Of a DNA stretch of 64,000 nucleotides, positions 35,648 to 44,869 are shown one piece after another (the stretch's first letter is position 1; each line of letters starts with the position of its first letter). Location of the stretch: IMG/VR virus record IMGVR_UViG_3300045988_141012, one strand, 5' to 3'. The position numbers and the translations under genes are program-made. A model generated the notes under the pieces. It did not search any database, was not told the origin of the DNA, and saw nothing but the letters and a program-made list of their open reading frames with translations. The stretch is from a virus.

Positions 35648-36214
35648 TTATGACTCTAATATCCATCCTGTTCTAATCTCTTCTAGTGTTCTCGGCGTAT
35701 AATCCATATACTTCATCATCGCACCGACATTGTACATATGACAAGGTTTATCATACAAAGTTCCCATTTCATATCTAAAATGTTGTATCATATTTTCTTC
35801 AAAGCTGTTATGTACATGCCCATAAAGATGTACCCAATCATAATAATGATTTTTAAAACATGGCATTGGATAATGACATAGAACAACTGAAACTTCATTG
35901 TCAATTTTTAGTTCCTTGTAATCTACAACCTCGACAAACAAGTTGTATAATTCTTTATTTTTTAATATTCTATTGTCATGATTTCCTTGAACTAAATGTA
36001 TGTGCCCTTTTAACTGTTTAAAAATTTCAATAGTTTTGGTGGCATTGTGCCAAGATATATCTCCAAGAACATATACGTCATCATCAATTCCTACTACACT
36101 GTTCCAATTATCAATAATTGTTTTGTCATGTTCTTCTATATTGATAAATGGACGATTATCAAACTTTAAAACATTCTTATGACCCAAATGTAAATCTGAA
36201 ATAAAATAGTTCAT
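35648..36214 (-). CDS. metallophosphoesterase (calcineurin-like)
   Basis: Motifs DLHLGH, GDISWH, GNHD and GHVH. Confidence 0.75.
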   Translation of the reverse strand: MNYFISDLHLGHKNVLKFDNRPFINIEEHDKTIIDNWNSVVGIDDDVYVLGDISWHNATKTIEIFKQLKGHIHLVQGNHDNRILKNKELYNLFVEVVDYKELKIDNEVSVVLCHYPMPCFKNHYYDWVHLYGHVHNSFEENMIQHFRYEMGTLYDKPCHMYNVGAMMKYMDYTPRTLEEIRTGWILES

Positions 36215-36216
36215 GC

Positions 36217-36624
36217 TTAATTATTCTCCTTTAACAATCCACTCTTGACTAAATGCTGATGGATAATTTCTATAATCTGATTTTCTAAGAATTCATCAAC
36301 ATTATCTCGATCTCTAACATAATCCAATTCATCATTGATAAAATCTTCTATTATAGAAGTAAAGTCCATATCCTCAATTGTTTTTACAATTTTCTTATGA
36401 ATAAGTTCTTTATGTTCTTTTGTAAGAAATTCTTTAATATCATTCATATCAATATATTCTCCTTCTTGATAAACTCTTTTGAACAGTTCCGTCAATTTTC
36501 TCAAATCGTCCTTGTCTAAGAGAAGGTATTTCCCAGGTGGATGTTCTTTCCTTATAGCCTGATACAAAATATCCATATACTCATCCCGAAACTTTTGTTC
36601 TCTATTAGATAACTCTTTACTCAT
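36217..36624 (-). CDS. hypothetical acidic protein
   Basis: Track ORF of 135 aa, between the kinase-HD and metallophosphoesterase genes. Confidence 0.5.
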   Translation of the reverse strand: MSKELSNREQKFRDEYMDILYQAIRKEHPPGKYLLLDKDDLRKLTELFKRVYQEGEYIDMNDIKEFLTKEHKELIHKKIVKTIEDMDFTSIIEDFINDELDYVRDRDNVDEFLENQIIEIIHQHLVKSGLLKENN

Positions 36625-36636
36625 ATATTTCCTTTA

Positions 36637-37521
36637 TCACCTCTGTATATCGCATTCATGAAAATCCATAAGTATCTTATACTTATATTCTCCGAATCTT
36701 TTTCGCCAGCGTTGTTTCGTTTTTTCACTTTCCCAACTAAACGGCAACATATGATAATTGATAAGGAAACATATGTCTAATACTTCTAAATTTTGAGGTA
36801 TTCGACTCAATACAAAATACGAACCGTATGCGTGATGGTCAAAGTAATGAGCTATGCCAAGATCATCAAATGTTTGAGTTGACAATTTACCTAAGTCATG
36901 CATCATCGCACCGCCCAGCCAAGGATTTTCATAACCCTTTTCTTTCATTAATTTCTTAGTATTTAAACAATGCTTGTACAAATCCATTGTGTGATGAGGA
37001 TTCTTTTGGTCGAAATCTCCCATATAAGCTATTTCATTAACCAAATTTCTCACATGATTTTTAAATTCATCATGAATAATAATCTTGCTCCACCCTTCCT
37101 CAATGAAAGGGATTTCAAATCTTCTAATTTGCTTTTCCAACACTTCATCGGGAACAGGGTGTGGTCTATTTTTATTATCTTGTTGACACCACTCGAATGG
37201 TTTCGGTATTATGTAACAAATCTTTTCTATGTCTAATCCGTTAACCTTATTTAGAATTGCCCGGCGAGATTTCATTGTAATATTTGTTGCATCAGCTATC
37301 ACATTGTATTTATTCTCCAAACGCTTTCGGATTAGTGTATGAAAAATTTCAAAGACTTCATCATTCTGAGATTGGTCTCCGATTTCGCCGGTTAATTGTT
37401 CTCGTATCATATCAGTTGATATAATAACTGTATCAGGATTATCATTTGTAATCTGTTTTGCAATAGTAGATTTGCCACTTCCGGACAAACCACACATAAC
37501 ATATAGTTTTGGTTTACTCAT
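36637..37521 (-). CDS. P-loop polynucleotide-kinase-like domain fused to HD phosphohydrolase domain
   Basis: N-terminal YVMCGLSGSGKST + ISTDMIRE (P-loop kinase). C-terminal NPHHT...MMHDLGK...FDHHAYGSY (HD). Start moved to ATG 37521 (GAGGTG upstream). Confidence 0.7.
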   Translation of the reverse strand: MSKPKLYVMCGLSGSGKSTIAKQITNDNPDTVIISTDMIREQLTGEIGDQSQNDEVFEIFHTLIRKRLENKYNVIADATNITMKSRRAILNKVNGLDIEKICYIIPKPFEWCQQDNKNRPHPVPDEVLEKQIRRFEIPFIEEGWSKIIIHDEFKNHVRNLVNEIAYMGDFDQKNPHHTMDLYKHCLNTKKLMKEKGYENPWLGGAMMHDLGKLSTQTFDDLGIAHYFDHHAYGSYFVLSRIPQNLEVLDICFLINYHMLPFSWESEKTKQRWRKRFGEYKYKILMDFHECDIQR

Positions 37522-38317
37522 TCCTACACACCTCATTTTTTATACTGAATGTAATTAAGTTTGTCATCACCTTTTCCATAACATCTTTTGCTTCAGTATT
37601 AATCTCCAATGGATTATTCTCCATATACTCTTGTTTATATTGTTTAATCCACTCACACGTTTCTTTTGCTAAATTTTTTGAATATTCTAATTCATAATGA
37701 TAATTAGATTTAATATCGAGCAACATATCCTTATTTTTAGGGATTAAAATAGTACGGTAACTTTCGCCATTACAATATCTTTCGATAAAATCTTTCAAAC
37801 GTAAAATATGATGTAATTGTTTGGGGTCACAACCATATTTCTCAATCTTATCTACAATACTTGGATACGGATATGTAAGAGCTTTGTACTTTTCAAATGC
37901 CATTCCGCACATACAATTAACACTTGCGTAATTGTTGTACCTTGCAATTTTTTCGGCATTATCAAGCATAGGTGCGAATAGTTCTTCATAAATTGGATTT
38001 AAAATATAATATTGAGTAAACAAAAGTTCAACAAAGTTAATATTTTGTTTCTTAAAACACTCAAACATTTTACGAATATCTTTCACATCACATAAGCAAC
38101 CATTCCCCATATCAAGTGTCGTACTTACCGGTTGACGATTAAACACAATATCGTTTAATGTAGGAAGAATTATTGCTTTTGAATCGACATCTGAACCAGA
38201 GTAATCCAACTCATAATTTTGTGAACCGTATAAAAATACACCAACAACATTGTAGCCTAACGATATAAGTTTGTCATAATGTTGTTGAATTTGATTTTGC
38301 ACTTCTTGTTTAAACAT
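37514..38317 (-). CDS. Pol-beta superfamily nucleotidyltransferase (RNA-ligase-associated type)
   Basis: VFLYGSQNYELDYSGSDVDSKAI is the G-S...D-x-D nucleotidyltransferase motif. Overlaps the RNA ligase and kinase-HD genes. Confidence 0.6.
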   Translation of the reverse strand: MFKQEVQNQIQQHYDKLISLGYNVVGVFLYGSQNYELDYSGSDVDSKAIILPTLNDIVFNRQPVSTTLDMGNGCLCDVKDIRKMFECFKKQNINFVELLFTQYYILNPIYEELFAPMLDNAEKIARYNNYASVNCMCGMAFEKYKALTYPYPSIVDKIEKYGCDPKQLHHILRLKDFIERYCNGESYRTILIPKNKDMLLDIKSNYHYELEYSKNLAKETCEWIKQYKQEYMENNPLEINTEAKDVMEKVMTNLITFSIKNEVCRNE

Positions 38318-39617
38318 CCTTCAATTCCTCCTTGAAGAGTACAGAATAATCGTCTACTCCCATTTCCTTTAATTTTTTATATCGAGGTGACTTTTTGTTG
38401 CCACTTTTTAAAACATTGATATCATGACCATAATATAATTCTCTACAATATACTTGATACTCCTTAGGAACATTTTCTGAAACATATATCATAAAATCTT
38501 TTTTATTGGTTTTGGGAGCATCATCATAGTATTGTTTTATATTTTTTGTGGTCTCATTAATATACTTCATAACAACGGTTGCTATCTTCTTAACATTTTC
38601 ATGATAAGCCTTTGGTAATTTCGATAGTAAATCATCATAACAGCCGTCGGCGATAGAAGAAATCACTAAATTGATAGACGATAACTTAGATAATACTTTA
38701 TGAATATGAACATAATCATTGTATTTTAATTTAACCTTATAACCGTCAATGTTGATTACAAAACCTTCCGCTTCATCAGATGACTTATCGTCTAATTCGG
38801 TCATAACATCATCCAAGGTCTTGTTGAAGATTTCTGTTGTTGGAATATTGTATAATTTTGCGAATTTGAGAATTGATTCATATGAATATTCTTCGCCGGT
38901 CAAATTACTTCTCATGCCGATAAGATATAATCCTTCTTGCTCTTTTGTGTATTTAACGACATGTGTATCTTTCAATGAAATGTACTCAAAAACAAAAGTG
39001 ATATCGGGATATTCTCGCAACATTTGCTCATAACCAGGTAGCTGATATATCATTTTATAACCATCTTGTAATCTCCAAGACATATTTGGGTCAATAGATT
39101 GACTCCCTGCCATTATAATTTGACCGTTATACCAAGTAGCTGATTGCATAGAACCGTCCAACTTATTTGAAAATTCAACTGTTTTTGCATTATCAATTCT
39201 ACTTTGTATATTCTCCAAACTTGTTTCTTCAAGTTCATTAATATTAAAGAATTTAGCAAAGGGACACAAAACTATTTTGTCATTTACTATATCAATTACT
39301 ATACTTCTACATTCACGATAAAATCCATCATATATACTCCATAATTCCTCACCAGAATTATCAATTTCTCCATTGTAGATGTCACTATATTGACCATATC
39401 TCAAAAGAAGAAAGTGTCCATTTTGATTTAGTTCTAATCGTGAAAGTAAGTCCGCATATTCAGAATATTGATTTATGGGTTCAATACTATTTAAACATTC
39501 GACCCATAATTCCAAACATGTTTTCTTCTCATCCATGTTATATGTAATATATCCCATTCTTTTATGAAACTCATTTTTTATTTCAATGAATTTATTCATT
39601 ACTGGATTCCAACTCAT
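38310..39617 (-). CDS. ATP-dependent RNA ligase (T4 Rnl1-like covalent nucleotidyltransferase)
   Basis: Motif I KLDGS (EFSNKLDGSMQ), motif IV EGFVI and motif V KVKLK. Confidence 0.7.
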   Translation of the reverse strand: MSWNPVMNKFIEIKNEFHKRMGYITYNMDEKKTCLELWVECLNSIEPINQYSEYADLLSRLELNQNGHFLLLRYGQYSDIYNGEIDNSGEELWSIYDGFYRECRSIVIDIVNDKIVLCPFAKFFNINELEETSLENIQSRIDNAKTVEFSNKLDGSMQSATWYNGQIIMAGSQSIDPNMSWRLQDGYKMIYQLPGYEQMLREYPDITFVFEYISLKDTHVVKYTKEQEGLYLIGMRSNLTGEEYSYESILKFAKLYNIPTTEIFNKTLDDVMTELDDKSSDEAEGFVINIDGYKVKLKYNDYVHIHKVLSKLSSINLVISSIADGCYDDLLSKLPKAYHENVKKIATVVMKYINETTKNIKQYYDDAPKTNKKDFMIYVSENVPKEYQVYCRELYYGHDINVLKSGNKKSPRYKKLKEMGVDDYSVLFKEELKDV

Positions 39618-40161
39618 TAAACAACCTCCTCAATAATCCTCTTGGTCTTGGTTTGCTCCACCAACCCGACACAAAATCATAATTATCTTTATCATGAGTA
39701 TAATGACCTCTGTATGTTTTCAATTCAGGAGTAAGCTTATCTATTACTTTGTCATATTCAATATGGTCAAATGGAGCTTTTATATCATAATCGTCTTTTG
39801 TACTTATATCAAAACGAATATCGTCTAAGTCGGATTCTTGAGCATTATACTTCATATACTTGACTTCCTGACATTCCGCCCAATTTATTAACTCATCTTC
39901 TAATTCATTTAAAGTAAGAAATCGTTCAGATTCATCATATATAGAAATCTTATCGGAATTTGTGGATAAAAATTCTTTCATTTCTTCAACAGAAGTATAT
40001 GCATCGTTGTGTTGATTAAACAAAGGTTTCCATCCACCACTTCTATGTCCAATACAAATCTCATAGCCGAAACAAGGTTCGTCCACAAGTCTATACTCAT
40101 TAAAGAAATATTTCTCAACAAATTCCTTGTTTTGCGTATGTATATAATATCTTGTACTCAT
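39592..40161 (-). CDS. hypothetical protein
   Basis: Track ORF of 189 aa, overlapping the RNA ligase start by 26 nt. Confidence 0.5.
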   Translation of the reverse strand: MSTRYYIHTQNKEFVEKYFFNEYRLVDEPCFGYEICIGHRSGGWKPLFNQHNDAYTSVEEMKEFLSTNSDKISIYDESERFLTLNELEDELINWAECQEVKYMKYNAQESDLDDIRFDISTKDDYDIKAPFDHIEYDKVIDKLTPELKTYRGHYTHDKDNYDFVSGWWSKPRPRGLLRRLFNELESSNE

Positions 40162-40221
40162 TATATTTTCTACCCTTCTACCTATACATTCTCCGTTTCA
40201 TCCGATGAAAAGTTTATTTAC

Positions 40222-40719
40222 TTATACAAATTTAACACCTAATTTTGCACTTGCCTTTGCCACATTCCTAAAAAGTTCATCTACTACATCATATTTCATT
40301 TGACGAATTTCAGAATTAACCATGTCTTGAAGAATTTTTATAAACAATCTATTGCTTGCTAGGAATAAACCTATCTCCTCATTATATGTATCATCTTTAT
40401 GGCAACAAGCCTCTGCTTTATATTTCCCACTTCGTACTTGAATCTTTTTGCCATCGGTTCTGTATTCATAAACAAATGCATAAAATCTTCCATCACTGTT
40501 GAAGTAATTCCCACCATTTTTCTTTCTCCATTCGCTCCACTTGTGAACTTCATCAAAATATTCTGCACACACATCTTCTGAGATACAGCCTTCATATTTA
40601 TTTTTGTATCTAAAAGAAATTATGCCGTCTTCTGACACATCAGTCACTTCGCATATTGCACCAATATGTCTAAGTGTACCTATTCCCTTTTTCAATTTTA
40701 TCTTATCGCCCTTCATCAT
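40222..40719 (-). CDS. hypothetical protein
   Basis: Track ORF of 165 aa. Confidence 0.5.
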   Translation of the reverse strand: MMKGDKIKLKKGIGTLRHIGAICEVTDVSEDGIISFRYKNKYEGCISEDVCAEYFDEVHKWSEWRKKNGGNYFNSDGRFYAFVYEYRTDGKKIQVRSGKYKAEACCHKDDTYNEEIGLFLASNRLFIKILQDMVNSEIRQMKYDVVDELFRNVAKASAKLGVKFV

Positions 40720-40750
40720 GTCACAACACTCTCCCTTTGAAACATTGTTT

Positions 40751-40933
40751 TCATCTATTTATATTCTCCGAATCAAAACCATAATCGCCAAGCTTCTTAT
40801 CAATCACTCTATCAATATCATCAGAAAATCTTCTCAAAAGCTCTTGCTTAGCCTTCATGATATTCTCTGCTATGATCGTATATTCTTCATTAATTGTCAG
40901 CTTATATAGCCCATTCATACATATAATATCCAT
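40751..40933 (-). CDS. hypothetical small protein
   Basis: Track ORF 40751..40990. Start moved to ATG 40933 (AAGGAG 7 nt upstream), just after the upstream stop. Confidence 0.45.
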   Translation of the reverse strand: MDIICMNGLYKLTINEEYTIIAENIMKAKQELLRRFSDDIDRVIDKKLGDYGFDSENINR

Positions 40934-40937
40934 AACA

Positions 40938-41294
40938 TTACTCCTTTGCAGTTGTAAGAATTGCACCATCACCATAACTCCACGACACATTGAATGAAGT
41001 CATATTATCTGTATTAATCTTTTCGCCACGATGTATAATCATTGGCATTTGACCCATATCACTCATCTTTTTTGATGGTATAAGAACAATTGAATCATAT
41101 GCCTTTCCATCTTTAAAATTATTTTTGATAAGGCAATCAACTTGTTCTTCAAGCAACTTTACTCTATCTGAATCTTCAGGCTTATCAATTATAGTTTCAT
41201 TAATTATTTTTAATTGATCTCTGATAACAGTCATATCCCACCGAATATCACAAATCACTTTTCTTATACAGTTAATGTTTCTAAAAAATCCCAT
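40938..41294 (-). CDS. hypothetical protein
   Basis: Track ORF of 118 aa. Confidence 0.5.
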   Translation of the reverse strand: MGFFRNINCIRKVICDIRWDMTVIRDQLKIINETIIDKPEDSDRVKLLEEQVDCLIKNNFKDGKAYDSIVLIPSKKMSDMGQMPMIIHRGEKINTDNMTSFNVSWSYGDGAILTTAKE

Positions 41295-41335
41295 AATCTT
41301 TATCCTCCTAGTTATCTATTCTCCATTTGTGTAAA

Positions 41336-41647
41336 TTAAGTTGCCTCTTTTAAATCAACATATCTATCAATGTAATCAAGAAGCTTATCTTTATTTTCTT
41401 CTTTTGTAAATTCCCCTACATATTCAATAGAATCTACATCTATACAATTAATCATTTCATTAATGTCCAAATCTAAAATACCAGCTATTTCTTCTATTTG
41501 TTTTGGAGATAAAAACAATCTTCCGTCTAAAATTTTTCCGATATCTTTTGTAGAATATCCGCTTTCTTCAGCCAACGATTGAATGCTCTTATTCTGTTCC
41601 ATCATTTTTAGTTTAATGAAACTTCCTATTTTGTGAAAATCATTCAT
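41336..41647 (-). CDS. XRE-family helix-turn-helix protein
   Basis: KSIQSLAEESGYSTKDIGKILDG is a classic HTH_3. Directly downstream of tnpB. Confidence 0.7.
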   Translation of the reverse strand: MNDFHKIGSFIKLKMMEQNKSIQSLAEESGYSTKDIGKILDGRLFLSPKQIEEIAGILDLDINEMINCIDVDSIEYVGEFTKEENKDKLLDYIDRYVDLKEAT

Positions 41648-41710
41648 AATTTACTCCTAAATTCTTCCTTTGAAATGTTTCATTCATCAGCTTTTGTCTG
41701 CCATTCATAA

Positions 41711-42943
41711 TTACAAATTTATAATTACAGGATGTGAATATGCACCCACTATCTCATTTGCTTTCACATTTGAGAATACTTTGCGCATTATTTGAAATGC
41801 CCCATTAACATCGGCATTTATATATTTTCCGTTGTTGCTTCTAAAAAGCCCTCTATAGACTCTTCGTAATTTGTTGTAATTTTCTTTTATAGGTAATTCA
41901 TCATCTAAGAAAGATGTTCCTGATGTATAAGTCTCTTCTGTTTCAATTAAATCAATGCCAACCTCTTCACATTTGTATTCAAGTTTTTTAATGAAACTCT
42001 CATACGGTATTTGAGTAAATGTTTGATTAACAACCTTATGCATATTTGATTTCTGTTTCCAACCATCGTTTTTACCAATAATAAGTGTTCCAATATTATG
42101 ATTTACACAATAGTCAACGACCCACCTACTTGTACAATGCATGAAATATTCCATCTTGAAATATCTTTTATTCGTGAGATTTTGCATCCGTTTAGTCCAA
42201 TCCGATCCATTTATAGCTTTCGCAATTCTTCTTAGATTAGAAACTTTCTTATTCCAATATTGGTTATAAGATTTGATTCCTTTGCCATTTATAACAATAG
42301 AAGGTTCTTCTATGTTATTTACCATTGTTACAAAGTTGTTTATTCCTAAATCAATTGAGGAGATTCTGTTTCTATCCAAATTATTTATAAACTGCTTTTC
42401 ATCCCTATAGACAATTTCAATAATGTAACAACCACCCTTAGGAATAATTCTTGTCCCAAGATGATAGCCTATAACTTTTGTGTGAATAAGATTATTGTAC
42501 TTCTTCATTCTTTTAAAAGAAAAATATAAATATCCATCTTTAATATGTGTCTGCATATTAGTCAATGTGCAAATAAATCTGCCATCTTTCTTTTTATAAG
42601 CAGGAATTTTAGGTTTACCCAAATACTTTTTGGGATGCATCGTGTAATCTTTAACTGCTACAAGAAATGATTTCCATGACTTACATAAAGATTTTGTAAC
42701 CATCTGTGCTGCATTTGATCCAAGTTCCACAAAAGCGTCAGTATGCTTTAATTCCTTATTCAAGACACCATACTTCTTAACTGTCTTTGTTCTGAAGAAC
42801 TCTTGCCGAATTGTATAATTACAAAGGTTATACATGTTCTTTGCCAAAAAGCATAAATTATCACAAGCTAAATACATTGGATGATTTTTGTTGATTATAT
42901 GTCTCTCTACTTTATTAAAATTAATACCCCCTTTACTTAACAT
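41711..42943 (-). CDS. tnpB: TnpB (IS200/IS605-family RNA-guided nuclease, OrfB)
   Basis: RuvC-I SIDLGINNFVTMV, RuvC-II ETEETYTSGTSF and RuvC-III INADVNGAFQIMRK. The track ORF extends to TTG 42994. ATG 42943 is preferred because upstream codons overlap a methyltransferase remnant. No tnpA in the window. Confidence 0.8.
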   Translation of the reverse strand: MLSKGGINFNKVERHIINKNHPMYLACDNLCFLAKNMYNLCNYTIRQEFFRTKTVKKYGVLNKELKHTDAFVELGSNAAQMVTKSLCKSWKSFLVAVKDYTMHPKKYLGKPKIPAYKKKDGRFICTLTNMQTHIKDGYLYFSFKRMKKYNNLIHTKVIGYHLGTRIIPKGGCYIIEIVYRDEKQFINNLDRNRISSIDLGINNFVTMVNNIEEPSIVINGKGIKSYNQYWNKKVSNLRRIAKAINGSDWTKRMQNLTNKRYFKMEYFMHCTSRWVVDYCVNHNIGTLIIGKNDGWKQKSNMHKVVNQTFTQIPYESFIKKLEYKCEEVGIDLIETEETYTSGTSFLDDELPIKENYNKLRRVYRGLFRSNNGKYINADVNGAFQIMRKVFSNVKANEIVGAYSHPVIINL

Positions 42944-42948
42944 ATTCT

Positions 42949-43252
42949 CTATTTTATAAAACTTAATATATGAGATATTACTGAAACCGTCCAACCATTA
43001 CCAATACTTGTGCTTCGGAAACACCGTCGCAGAATGTATAATTATCAGGCAATGTTTGCAATCGATCTGCTACTGTTGTATTTAATTTTCTCACCTCATT
43101 TCACATCAAATACAATCCAGTACATGCACCAAGTCCACCGCCATTCGTTGTAATCGAACAGGCAATGCCCTCACTGCTATATACTCTGTATCCTTGTTTA
43201 TAATTTCGTGAAAGTTGTTTACCGTCCTTTAACCACATATTACTATCAACTC
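42949..43252 (-). pseudogene. C-terminal remnant of a C5-cytosine DNA methyltransferase
   Basis: Motifs in order: QGYRVYSSEGIACSITTNGGGLGACTGLY, in-frame TGA (43091-43093), RKLNTTVADRLQTLPDNYTF, then a frameshift into IGNGWTVSVISHI (motif X). No N-terminal catalytic half. Confidence 0.65.
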
Positions 43253-43264
43253 CACCAACAAAAA

Positions 43265-44767
43265 TTAATTCATTGGCGGTTTCTGAAAATTTATCATTTT
43301 CTCATCGGTACAAACATATGTATTATCGTACTGAGCTTTATAAAGGTGTTCTGCTAATAATGAAATAACAGTTGTTACAATACTATTTCCCGACTGTTTA
43401 TATCCTTGAGAATCTGACATACCGACCGCCTTACATCTTTCATAATCAATGTCATCAAAACCCATAAGTCTATGTGCTTCTTTAGGAGTAAGTTTTCTCA
43501 CCACTCTAAGGTTATTTCTTTCAACCTTTGGCTCTGTATTGCCACCTCCACAAGTATGCATTGTTGGTGCAATACCGTCTTCGCTATATACTCTGCGAGA
43601 TTGTTCATTCGTTTTTTGAAATCTTTCGCTACATAAATCAGCAATATGAATTAAATTATTTGAATCTGCAAAAATCTGTTTAGGTTGTTTATAATCTGTT
43701 GCCACCAATGCACCCATAATTGCATCTTCCTTATAAACTAAATCCCTCTGACCTATAGTTCTAAATTCAGGTTTTGTTGTGCCAATAATATTCTTCTCGA
43801 ATTTGGAATCGGTAATTTGAAGTCTTTGTTGTACCTCATCAGATAAAAAATATTTTTCCAAAACATCTTTATCTGTTTCTAATAAATCCTTTAATCTGAT
43901 TCCTGTATCAAATGGTTTTGGAAATGTAAATAACTTTGTATCAATATCTTTACGAATTGATATACAAAAAATTCTATTACGATTTTGTGGAATACCTGCA
44001 TTCTTCGCATTAATTGTTTGATAATATGAATTGTATCCAAGATTATCAAGTCTACCAATCCAATCCTTAAAACTATCAATATATTTTTTCGATATAAGAG
44101 CATCGACATTTTCCATAAGTAAATATTTTGGCAATGTATTATTCTCTTTTGCCGTTACAAGAAGTCGTTCAACTTCATACAACAAACCCGAACGAGTTGA
44201 TTTAATATTATGGCTACCACAATTGGGACAAGTATAACGAGTATCAACATCTAATTCTGATGGATTATATTCACACTCACAATCTTGACAAGTCCATTTT
44301 AAACCCTCTTGTTTGCCAGCGATTGAAAGATCAGTACAGGGTGTAGAGTATGTAAGTAAATCGCTATATGGAAGGGATTTTATTTGCATCATATCTCCAA
44401 GATTATGTGATAGATAATCTGCTAACCAATATTTTTCAATTCCTTTTGTTTTATCTTTTCTTCGCGATAATTTTTCCCAATCATATGGCTTGTCTTTCTT
44501 AAAATCATATCCAAGTCTTTTATCTGTTAGTTCTTTGACCATCATTTCTTTACTCGGATAATCTGCATAATTTTCTATCATATCAGTGGTTAAGCCACAA
44601 TGTATTGCAGCGTAACTGACTACTACTTCTTTATCCAAATCTGCTGTTGCAATCATATTAGCATTGAACAAGTGAGTATTATTTATACCTTTCATCTGTG
44701 CTCCAATGCCACTACAAAGTTCAATAACTGTTAAATTTTCTAATAAATTATTTTTCTCTGTGTTCAA
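43265..44767 (-). CDS. C5-cytosine DNA methyltransferase with zinc-ribbon insertion (orphan)
   Basis: Motif I ELCSGIGA, motif IV STPCTDLS, motif VI LMENV, motif VIII QNRNRIF, RKLTPKEAHRLMGF and GNSIV. A CxxC...CxxC insert (WTCQDCEC...CPNCG) lies between motifs IV and VI. TTG start. Confidence 0.85.
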   Translation of the reverse strand: MNTEKNNLLENLTVIELCSGIGAQMKGINNTHLFNANMIATADLDKEVVVSYAAIHCGLTTDMIENYADYPSKEMMVKELTDKRLGYDFKKDKPYDWEKLSRRKDKTKGIEKYWLADYLSHNLGDMMQIKSLPYSDLLTYSTPCTDLSIAGKQEGLKWTCQDCECEYNPSELDVDTRYTCPNCGSHNIKSTRSGLLYEVERLLVTAKENNTLPKYLLMENVDALISKKYIDSFKDWIGRLDNLGYNSYYQTINAKNAGIPQNRNRIFCISIRKDIDTKLFTFPKPFDTGIRLKDLLETDKDVLEKYFLSDEVQQRLQITDSKFEKNIIGTTKPEFRTIGQRDLVYKEDAIMGALVATDYKQPKQIFADSNNLIHIADLCSERFQKTNEQSRRVYSEDGIAPTMHTCGGGNTEPKVERNNLRVVRKLTPKEAHRLMGFDDIDYERCKAVGMSDSQGYKQSGNSIVTTVISLLAEHLYKAQYDNTYVCTDEKMINFQKPPMN

Positions 44768-44869
44768 ATTTATTTACCATACAGAGATTGTACAATCATT
44801 TATAACCGGTGTTTACTGTTTTATCCTTTCTATATTTTTATTTCTATAAAATAAACACGTCTGCTTATT

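Noticed and set aside
43091-43093. In-frame TGA in the methylase remnant, and a TAG at 48004-48006 followed by 23 more open codons, as signs of stop-codon reassignment (TGA=Trp or TAG=Gln recoded phage).
   Set aside because: TGA and TAA terminate long intact genes (for example TGA ends dnaE at 24938-24940 with an ATGA-type overlap to the next gene). More generally, the long ORFs such as the 1107-aa DnaE are intact, not fragmented by internal stops as recoding would cause. The remnant also carries a frameshift, so decay is the simpler explanation.
44786-44797. Perfect 12-bp palindrome GATTGTACAATC just upstream of the C5-methyltransferase start, considered as a controller-protein operator or restriction site.
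   Set aside because: Roughly 15 or more perfect 12-bp palindromes are expected by chance in 64 kb of AT-rich DNA. There is no second copy and no adjacent C-protein or endonuclease gene.
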